A stretch of DNA of 19,903 nucleotides from Abditibacteriaceae bacterium (lineage in GTDB: Bacteria > Armatimonadota > Abditibacteriia > Abditibacteriales > Abditibacteriaceae): contig JANMKN010000223.1 in assembly GCA_031372065.1 (NCBI GenBank), forward strand, positions 1-19,903. Reading direction: 5' to 3'. Each line of letters opens with the position of its first letter. The first letter of the stretch is position 1. The translations under genes were made by a program, and so were the position numbers. Of this stretch, positions 10,462 to 17,126 are shown piece by piece. A model generated the notes under the pieces. It worked only from the letters and a program-made list of their open reading frames with translations. It searched no databases and was not told where the DNA came from.

Positions 10462-10907
10462 GTGGGATTATCCTCCTGATTTTGCAAAGTCGTGAGACGG
10501 GCTAAAAATTGCGCCGGAGTGACAATCTCCGGCAAAAAACCCGCGCCGCCGCCGAAATCGCGAGTATTGAATGTAATTAGAAAATGGGCACCGGCAGCCA
10601 CAGCACACTCCAAAACCATGTCGTCTTTTGGGTCTTGGAGAACGGGACGCCATTGAAAATGAATTTCCTGCGGACGCATCATGCTAACCAAACCATCCAG
10701 AAAATCGTCCAACTCCTGCACCGTCAAACCAAATCGCTCAACGTTGCGGTGCAGCACGCCGCGATATTCCTCGAACAACAAACCAGAAACGAATGCTGTC
10801 AACTCATTTTGCGCCAGACGAAGCAAAATTTGGCGCGACGCACCAGCTTTCGAGTCCAGTGCCGCAAAGATGACATTCGTGTCTAAAACAACCCGGTAGT
10901 GTTGCAT
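10458..10907 (-). CDS. PIN-domain (VapC-like) toxin
   Basis: VVLDTNVIFAAL, EEY, DPKDDMVLECAV and LITFNTRDF carry the PIN acidic residues. Confidence 0.9.
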   Translation of the reverse strand: MQHYRVVLDTNVIFAALDSKAGASRQILLRLAQNELTAFVSGLLFEEYRGVLHRNVERFGLTVQELDDFLDGLVSMMRPQEIHFQWRPVLQDPKDDMVLECAVAAGAHFLITFNTRDFGGGAGFLPEIVTPAQFLARLTTLQNQEDNPT

Positions 10908-10935
10908 ACGCTACTGCATATTCTACCATCACATT

Positions 10936-13900
10936 ATGAACTCTTCATCTCTCGCTTCTACTGTTCGCCTTGAAGGTGCGCTCTTTTCGCGCGACTTTTT
11001 AGATCGTCTCGGCGCACTTTCGTCGGACTTGCCGCATTTGTCGCCGCAAAGTTATGGACTGGCGCCCGAAGATAAATTGCGAGAGAAAATTAGCGCCAGT
11101 TGGAATGCTCTCAGTGGCCGCTGGGATAGGTTTCAAAGTGAGCTAAAAAAACTTAGCGAAGATGATTACGCCGTAGGCATCACGCGGCGCGAATGGCTGT
11201 TGCCGGTGTTGCAGGAACTCAATTTCGGGCGCGTGCAAACTGCCAATGCCATTCGCCTGACTGTCGGCGACGAAAGCAAAGAATACGCGATTTCGCATGG
11301 CTGGAATCGCACGCCGCTGCATTTGCTGGGCGCACGAGTTTCGCTCGATGTGCGCACGCAAGGCTTACCCGGCGCGGCGCAAATGGCACCGCACGCGCTG
11401 GTGCAAGAATGCCTCAATCGTTCGGGTGAGCATTTGTGGGCAGTGCTTTCTAACGGCTACAAATTTCGCGTGCTGCGCGACTCGGCGGCAATTGCGCGGC
11501 GCAGTTATGTCGAGTTCGATTTAGAGGCGATTTTCGAGAACGAAGATGCTTCCGGCTTTGCGCTGTTTTGGCTGCTTTGCCATGCCTCGCGTTTTGAATG
11601 GCGGGCGGCTGCGAATGAGGAAAACGAAGCCAACCCGCCGATTCTCGAAGATTGGCAAAAGGAAACCGAGCAGGAAGGCGTGCGCGCCCGCGATGTTATG
11701 CGCGGGGGAGTGCAAGGCGCGATTGAACATATCGGCACAGGGTTGCTGCGTCACAAAGATAACAAGCCGTTGCGCGAAGAATTGCGCAGTGGCGCGCTGT
11801 TGCCGCTGGATTTTTACAAGCTGACGTTGCGCCTTGTTTATCGCTTGCTGTTTATTCTCGTCGCCGAAGCCAAAGACAACTTGCTGCTGCCGGTAATCAA
11901 AGCGCCCCTCACCCCTAACCCCTCTCCCCCAAACGCTGCGCTGGGGACAGGGGAAAGTGAAGCCAAGGCGCGGGCCACAGCGCGTGAGCGTTACGAAAAT
12001 TATTATTCGCTGGCGAAGTTGCGCCAGAGGGCGGCCAAAACGCGCGGCACGGCGCACGAAGATGCGTGGCAAGGCTTGTGTCTGACGTTTCAATTTTTGC
12101 GCGGCGGCGAAGAAGGTTTAGCGATTCCGGCGCTCGGCGGTTTTCTGTTTCAGGAAGCAAGGCTCAAAGACGGCAGTGTGGCCTTGGAAGAATGCCATCT
12201 CGCCAATGAAGATTTGTTCGCGGCCTTGCGTCAGTTGTGCTATTTCCAGCAGGGCGCGGCGCGGCGTCAGGTCAATTTCACCAACCTCGGCAGCGAAGAA
12301 TTGGGCAGCGTTTATGAATCGCTGCTCGAACTGACGCCGCGCGTGGATTTGGATGGCTACCGTTTCCAACTCGAAACTTTGGCAGGCAACGAACGCAAGA
12401 TAACAGGCAGCTATTACACGCCGGAAATCCTCGTCAAATCGCTGCTCGATAGCGCGCTTGAACCTGTTATTGAAGCTGCGCTTCGGCGAGCGGCGAGCGG
12501 TGAGCAGCGAATGGAGAATGTATCAGATGGTGAACTCTTATCAGGATTTGGAAGTGTGGGAACGAGGGATGACTCTGGCGGAACAGGCTTATCGGTTGAC
12601 ACGCACCTTTCCGAAGGAAGAATTGTTCGGTCTGACTTCGCAGCTACGGAGATCAGCGAGTTCGATTCCGGCGAACATCGCAGAGGGATGGGGCAGGGAA
12701 AGCACGAAGGAATTCCTGCGATTTCTGAGCATAGCGATGGGCAGTCTGCGCGAAACAGAAACGCATCTGATTCTGGCACAGCGCGTGGGATTGGCGACAG
12801 CCGAACAAATTCAGCCTTTGCAACAGAACACGGAAATCTTGGGGCGTCAGCTTCTGAATCTGCAACGCAGCCTACGGCGCAAACTCGAAAAGGAAACGTA
12901 AATCCACTCGCTACTCGCCATTCGCTACTCGCCGCTCAGGAGAAAGCCCTGCTTTCGCTGCGCATTTGCGATCCGGCGTGCGGCAGCGGGCATTTTCTCA
13001 CAGCGGCGGCGCGGCGGGTGGCTTCGCGTTTGGCGCTACTTCGCACGCAGGGCAACGAACCGGAAAAGGCCGAATACCAACACGCGCTGCGCGAAGTGGT
13101 CGGGCATTGCATTTACGGCATTGACGTGAACGAAATGGCCGTCGAACTGTGCAAAATCGCACTGTGGATGGAAGGACTGGAAGCGGGACGCCCGCTGTCG
13201 TTTCTCGATTCGCATATTCGCTGCGGCAACTCGCTGCTCGGTGCCACGCCCGACATGATTGAAAACGGCTTGCCCGACGAGGCGTTTGCGGCGCTCGAAG
13301 GCGATGACAAAACTGTCGTCAGCGCGCTCAAAAAGCGCAACAAATTGGAGCGCGACACACAAACCACCACCTCGCTGTTCGTCGAAGAAAAATTGCCGCT
13401 CGGCGATTTGCGGCGCGCGATTGCCGAAATTGAGCAAGTCGGCGATGAACAACTCGAAGGCGTGCAACAAAAAGAACGAATGTTGCGCGCTCTGGAACAA
13501 TCCGGCTCCTACGATCACACCCATTTGCTTTACGATGCGTGGTGCGCTGCGTTTGTCTGGAAGAAAGTGCCTGACACGTTGCGCGGAGAAGGCGCTTTAG
13601 CCAAAGGCGAAACCAATCCCAATTTCATTGAGCCGCTGACCACCGAAGGCATTCGTTACATTCAGCAAAGCGCCTTGCCGATGTTTGCGCAGCAACGCCC
13701 TGAAATCAAGCGACTGCGCGGGCAATATAAATGGTTTCATCCGCATCTGGAATTTCCCGCCGTGTTTGGCGACAAAGGCGGGTTTGATGTGATTCTCGGC
13801 AATCCGCCGTGGGAGCGCGTCAAGTTGCAGGAAAAAGAATGGTTCGCGGCGCGCAGTCCCGAAATTGCGGGTGCGCCCAACGCGGCGGCGCGCGGGCGTT

Positions 13901-15354
13901 TGATTGAACAACTCAAAAGCGGCGATCCGGTTTTGCATGGCGCTTTTTTGGACGACAAGCGACGAGCCGAAGGCGAAAGCCATTTTGCGCGTTCCAGTGA
14001 CCGTTTTCCGCTCTGTGGACGCGGCGATGTGAACACTTACGCGCTTTTTGCCGAACTCAACCGCAATTTCATCAACGATTCGGGCCGCGTCGGTTGTATC
14101 GTGCCCTCCGGCATCGCCACCGACGACACCACCAAATTCTTCTTTGGTGACCTTGTTGAGAGGCAGAGCCTTATTAGCCTTTACGACTTTCAAAGTTCAA
14201 AAGGTTTGTTCAGCGAAATCGGTCACGCGCGATTCAAATTCTGCTGTTTAACAATGTGTGGTGCAAACGATAGTCATGGTTCTAACGCGGAATTTGCATT
14301 CTTTCTGCGCAGTGACGCCGAATTGCAAGATGCAGAACGCCGTTTCAAATTGTCGCCTGACGAAATCGCGTTGCTCAACCCGAACACCAAAACCTGCCCG
14401 ATTTTCCGCTCGTCGCGCGACGCCGAATTAACGAAGGCGATTTATCGCCGCGTGCCGGTGCTGGTCAATGAAAGCACCGGCGCCAATCCGTGGGGCATCA
14501 AATTTTCGACGATGTTCCATATGTCGAACGATTCGGGCTTGTTTGAAAACGAGCCGGACGAGGGGCGCCTGCCGCTTTACGAAGCCAAAATGCTGCATCA
14601 TTTCGATCATCGTTGGGCCACTTATGAAAACGGTGACACGCGCGATGTTAGCGACGCCGAAAAAAACGACCCGCAATTCGTGGTGCAGCCGCGCTATTGG
14701 GTCGCCGCACACGAAGTCAAAGCAAAAATGAGCGATAAATGGGACAAAAAGTGGCTGCTTGGCTTCCGCGACATTTGCCGTTCAACTGATGAGCGCACCG
14801 TTATCGCTTCGGTTTTGCCGCGCGTTGGGTGTGGAAATAAAATCCCTCTGATGATTATTGATGAGGACGTGGCCAAAGCTGCTTGTTTAATTGCCAATTT
14901 AACTGCCTTTCCTTACGATTACACATCACGGCAAAAAATAGGTAGCACCACATTAAACTATTTTATTTTCAAACAGCTCCCTGTCCTGCCGCCTTCGACT
15001 TACGACCAAACGCCGTCGTGGACGGGCGACGCCCTTTTGCGAGATTGGATAGCGCGGCGCGTGTTGGAACTGACTTACACCGCTTACGACCTGCGCGACT
15101 GGGCGCACGATTTAGGCTACGACGGCGAGCCGTTCGGCTGGGACACTGCGCGGCGCTTTGCCCTGCGCTGCGAGTTGGACGCGGCGTTTTTCCATCTCTA
15201 CGGCCTCACGCGCGACGAAACCGCCTACGTCCTCGACACCTTCCCCATCGTGCGCCGCAAAGACGAACGCGACTACGGCACCTATCGCACCAAAGACGAA
15301 ATCTTGCGGCTGTTCGATGAAATGGCAGCCTTGTGCATAGTCCCGGTAGCTTAG
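10936..15354 (+). CDS. Large N6-adenine DNA methyltransferase (Eco57I/type IIG-like, DrmMI-like) with two internal insertions
   Basis: ELGSVYESLLE, RKITGSYYTP, motif I CDPACGSGHFL, IYGIDVN and motif IV GNPPW (gamma-class order), followed by a C-terminal target-recognition region. Confidence 0.9.
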   Translation: MNSSSLASTVRLEGALFSRDFLDRLGALSSDLPHLSPQSYGLAPEDKLREKISASWNALSGRWDRFQSELKKLSEDDYAVGITRREWLLPVLQELNFGRVQTANAIRLTVGDESKEYAISHGWNRTPLHLLGARVSLDVRTQGLPGAAQMAPHALVQECLNRSGEHLWAVLSNGYKFRVLRDSAAIARRSYVEFDLEAIFENEDASGFALFWLLCHASRFEWRAAANEENEANPPILEDWQKETEQEGVRARDVMRGGVQGAIEHIGTGLLRHKDNKPLREELRSGALLPLDFYKLTLRLVYRLLFILVAEAKDNLLLPVIKAPLTPNPSPPNAALGTGESEAKARATARERYENYYSLAKLRQRAAKTRGTAHEDAWQGLCLTFQFLRGGEEGLAIPALGGFLFQEARLKDGSVALEECHLANEDLFAALRQLCYFQQGAARRQVNFTNLGSEELGSVYESLLELTPRVDLDGYRFQLETLAGNERKITGSYYTPEILVKSLLDSALEPVIEAALRRAASGEQRMENVSDGELLSGFGSVGTRDDSGGTGLSVDTHLSEGRIVRSDFAATEISEFDSGEHRRGMGQGKHEGIPAISEHSDGQSARNRNASDSGTARGIGDSRTNSAFATEHGNLGASASESATQPTAQTRKGNVNPLATRHSLLAAQEKALLSLRICDPACGSGHFLTAAARRVASRLALLRTQGNEPEKAEYQHALREVVGHCIYGIDVNEMAVELCKIALWMEGLEAGRPLSFLDSHIRCGNSLLGATPDMIENGLPDEAFAALEGDDKTVVSALKKRNKLERDTQTTTSLFVEEKLPLGDLRRAIAEIEQVGDEQLEGVQQKERMLRALEQSGSYDHTHLLYDAWCAAFVWKKVPDTLRGEGALAKGETNPNFIEPLTTEGIRYIQQSALPMFAQQRPEIKRLRGQYKWFHPHLEFPAVFGDKGGFDVILGNPPWERVKLQEKEWFAARSPEIAGAPNAAARGRLIEQLKSGDPVLHGAFLDDKRRAEGESHFARSSDRFPLCGRGDVNTYALFAELNRNFINDSGRVGCIVPSGIATDDTTKFFFGDLVERQSLISLYDFQSSKGLFSEIGHARFKFCCLTMCGANDSHGSNAEFAFFLRSDAELQDAERRFKLSPDEIALLNPNTKTCPIFRSSRDAELTKAIYRRVPVLVNESTGANPWGIKFSTMFHMSNDSGLFENEPDEGRLPLYEAKMLHHFDHRWATYENGDTRDVSDAEKNDPQFVVQPRYWVAAHEVKAKMSDKWDKKWLLGFRDICRSTDERTVIASVLPRVGCGNKIPLMIIDEDVAKAACLIANLTAFPYDYTSRQKIGSTTLNYFIFKQLPVLPPSTYDQTPSWTGDALLRDWIARRVLELTYTAYDLRDWAHDLGYDGEPFGWDTARRFALRCELDAAFFHLYGLTRDETAYVLDTFPIVRRKDERDYGTYRTKDEILRLFDEMAALCIVPVA
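11905..11953 (+). repeat. REP-like palindromic element inserted in-frame in the methyltransferase gene
   Basis: CCCCTCACCCCTAACCCCTCTCCCCCA...TGGGGACAGGGG forms an imperfect hairpin with a C-rich leader and translates as PLTPNPSPPNAALGTG. Confidence 0.65.
12484..12518 (+). repeat. Left 7-nt tandem repeat array of the nested element
   Basis: CGGCGAG CGGCGAG CGGTGAG CAGCGAA TGGAGAA. Confidence 0.8.
12518..12901 (+). CDS. Four-helix-bundle protein (23S rRNA intervening-sequence protein family), nested in the +1 frame of the methyltransferase gene
   Basis: SYQDLEVWERGMTLAEQAYRLTRTFPKEELFGLTSQLRRSASSIPANIAEGWGRESTKEFLRFLSIAMGSLRETETHL is the family signature. The start is probably ATG 12527 (GGAG at 12513-12516) or 12518, not the TTG at 12458. 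Confidence 0.92.
   Translation: MYQMVNSYQDLEVWERGMTLAEQAYRLTRTFPKEELFGLTSQLRRSASSIPANIAEGWGRESTKEFLRFLSIAMGSLRETETHLILAQRVGLATAEQIQPLQQNTEILGRQLLNLQRSLRRKLEKET
12907..12937 (+). repeat. Right 7-nt tandem repeat array, complementary to the left array
   Basis: CTCGCTA CTCGCCA TTCGCTA CTCGCCG CTC. Bases 12928-12937 are the exact reverse complement of 12488-12497, and 12918-12926 of 12506-12514. Confidence 0.8.
15182..15327 (+). repeat. Direct repeat, copy 1 (methyltransferase 3' end)
   Basis: 146 bp matching 16345-16490 with 12 mismatches by manual alignment. Confidence 0.92.
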
Positions 15355-15437
15355 TGCATAGTCTGGGAAACGTTGTGCATAGTCCCGGTAGCGTTATCCA
15401 GAGTCCCAGTAGCGTTATCCAACGTCACCGCAACGCT
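15333..15437 (+). repeat. 21-bp tandem repeat, 5 progressively degenerate units
   Basis: GTGCATAGTCCCGGTAGCTTA / GTGCATAGTCTGGGAAACGTT / GTGCATAGTCCCGGTAGCGTT / ATCCAGAGTCCCAGTAGCGTT / ATCCAACGTCACCGCAACGCT. Confidence 0.8.
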
Positions 15438-15471
15438 ATCCGGCGTTCGTGTGGCAGCAAACCACGAACTT

Positions 15472-15528
15472 GGCACCTATCGCACCAAAGTCGAGATTAC
15501 GCGGATTTACGAGGCGATAGCAGGATAG
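15472..15528 (+). pseudogene. Degenerate extra copy of the methyltransferase C-terminus
   Basis: 19-nt exact match GGCACCTATCGCACCAAAG. Translates as GTYRTKVEITRIYEAIAG*, versus [18 protein letters not shown] in the gene. Confidence 0.7.
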
Positions 15529-15598
15529 GGAGATCAGGAACAGCCATCACTTGCTACCTCACTGCTCGCAATTGTTCGACTCATCATTGCCTCTTTGC

Positions 15599-15617
15599 TA
15601 TACGTCAATGACGTATA
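15599..15617. promoter_or_regulatory. Palindromic operator upstream of the HigBA-like pair
   Basis: TATACGTCA-A-TGACGTATA has perfect 9-bp arms, overlaps a -10-like TATACT (15614-15619) and ends 23 nt before the toxin ATG. Confidence 0.7.
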
Positions 15618-15640
15618 CTCAGGTCATCTGAGAACGCCCT

Positions 15641-15958
15641 ATGGTTTTCCTTTAAACTTCCACGTTCACCCGCCGCGTGACCGAACTGCTGCCAGATGAT
15701 GAATACCGCAATCTGCAAGGAAAACTGGTTGATCGCCCCGATTCCGGTGACATCATTCGCGGTAGCGGAGGCATTCGCAAGTTGCGATGGGGACTGCAAG
15801 GGCGGGGTAAACGCGGCGGGGCGCGTTTCATTTATTACTGGGCCAAGGGGCAAGATCAAATCTTGATGCTGTTCGTTTTCACCAAAAATGAAGCGGACGA
15901 TTTGACGCAAGATCAAATTCACCAACTGCGGGCCATTGTGGAAGGAGAATATCCATGA
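15641..15958 (+). pseudogene. higB: RelE/HigB-family toxin with a premature stop at codon 5
   Basis: MVFL*TSTFTRRVTELLPDDEY...GDIIRGSGGIRKLRW...GKRGGARFIYY...FTKNEADDL, with in-frame TAA at 15653-15655. The ORF track starts it at GTG 15677. Confidence 0.8.
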
Positions 15959-16317
15959 AAGACGAATTATTTCAGGAACTATTAGAAAGCGTGCGCGAAG
16001 GCGGCGCTATAATGCGCGGCGAGCAGGAAGCGGCCCGCCGTTTTGAATTGGCATCGCCGGATGTGCGCCGTTTGCGCGAGGAGGCCGGTTTTTCGCAGCG
16101 TGAGTTCGCCACCTTGATGGGCATCAGCCCCGGCACGCTGCGCAACTGGGAGCAAGGCCGCCGCCAACCCGAAGGTGCTGCGCGTGTGTTGCTCGCTGTG
16201 GCTGCAAAACATCCCAAAATCGTTTGGGGCGTAGTGCGCCCTTCGACTGTCCGCACCACCAAACGGCGCCCTGTCGCCTCAGCAAAGCGCCGCCCTATCG
16301 CCAATAGCAAAGCCTAA
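15955..16317 (+). CDS. higA: HigA/NadS-like XRE helix-turn-helix antitoxin
   Basis: MKDELFQELLESVREG...FSQREFATLMGISPGTLRNWEQGRRQPEGAARVLL, with a GGAG Shine-Dalgarno and an ATGA overlap with the toxin stop. Confidence 0.88.
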   Translation: MKDELFQELLESVREGGAIMRGEQEAARRFELASPDVRRLREEAGFSQREFATLMGISPGTLRNWEQGRRQPEGAARVLLAVAAKHPKIVWGVVRPSTVRTTKRRPVASAKRRPIANSKA

Positions 16318-16344
16318 AACAGCTACAAACTCATTAACGACACA

Positions 16345-16508
16345 CGGCGTTTTTCCAACTCTACGGCCTGAGCCGCGACGAAGCCGCTTATGTGATGGCC
16401 ACCTTCCCCATCGTGCGCCGCAAAGACGAACGCGACTACGGCACCTATCGCACCAAAGGCGAAATCTTGCGGCTGTTCGATGAAATGGCAAACGGAGTAT
16501 TAAATTAA
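16345..16508 (+). pseudogene. Direct repeat, copy 2: orphan methyltransferase 3' end
   Basis: Translates as [53 protein letters not shown]. The repeat itself spans 16345-16490. Confidence 0.88.
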
Positions 16509-16523
16509 ACTCTGAGCTTAACC

Positions 16524-17126
16524 ATGCCTAACCAACGCACCTCCAAGCCGATCATCATGGTATCGTCGTCGGTTTACCAAATTGAATCGTTGTTGAATCA
16601 AATTTATGGTGTGCTTGACGGCTGGGGCTACACTGTCTGGATGTCGCATAAAGGCACGGTGCCTGTGCATCCGGGAAAAACCGCTTTTGAAAATTGTCTG
16701 GAAGCAACGCGACAATGTGATTTGTTTTTAGGTTTGATTACGCCATTTTATGGGAGCGGCAGACAAACCGGCGAACCCTCCATTACGCATCGTGAGATGC
16801 TACTTTCCATCGAAATTGATAAGCCCCGCTGGTTTCTGGCACACCATGATGTGGTTTTCGCGCGCCAGATTCTCAAACAATACCGATTCAAAGACAAGAT
16901 GGCAAATGAGTCTTTTACGTTTCGCGCGACCAAAGTCATGGATCATATCGGTGTCGTCGAGATTTATGAAGCAGCGATTCGTGCCGATCTCGACGAATAC
17001 GAACAGCGCACGGGCAATTGGGTGCAGGAATACATAACACCGCAGGACGTGCTTGGATTCATTGAGGCGCAATTTGGCGATAAGAAACGTATCAAGGCAT
17101 TTTTGAAAGAGGCGAAGCAATCATGA
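16524..17126 (+). CDS. DUF4062-like (TIR/NDT-fold) protein
   Basis: IMVSSSVY...GYTVWMS...AFENCLEATRQCDLFLGLITPFYGSG...SITHREM matches the DUF4062 pattern. Confidence 0.78.
   Translation: MPNQRTSKPIIMVSSSVYQIESLLNQIYGVLDGWGYTVWMSHKGTVPVHPGKTAFENCLEATRQCDLFLGLITPFYGSGRQTGEPSITHREMLLSIEIDKPRWFLAHHDVVFARQILKQYRFKDKMANESFTFRATKVMDHIGVVEIYEAAIRADLDEYEQRTGNWVQEYITPQDVLGFIEAQFGDKKRIKAFLKEAKQS

Noticed and set aside
12458..12517. TTG-started N-terminal extension of the four-helix-bundle ORF
   Set aside because: It runs through host sequence and the repeat array. Family similarity starts near 12527, after a GGAG.
12484..12937. Intein or group I/II intron in the methyltransferase
   Set aside because: There is no C-terminal HN-C/S/T intein junction, no homing endonuclease or RT, and almost no non-coding room for a ribozyme core.
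1913..15354. Canonical DISARM, BREX or type I R-M label
   Set aside because: No separate drmA/drmB/drmC, no pglZ/brxC and no hsdS/hsdR genes are visible.
15333..15437. CRISPR array
   Set aside because: The units are contiguous with no unique spacers, and there are no cas genes.
15333..15611. 92-aa ORF as a real gene
   Set aside because: It consists of the tandem repeat plus an out-of-frame methyltransferase remnant, with no recognisable domain.
12518..16490. Diversity-generating retroelement (Avd-like fold plus a repeat of a gene 3' end, resembling VR/TR)
   Set aside because: There is no reverse transcriptase in the window and the mismatches are not adenine-specific: A is at only 2 of 12 sites in copy 2 and 3 of 12 in copy 1.
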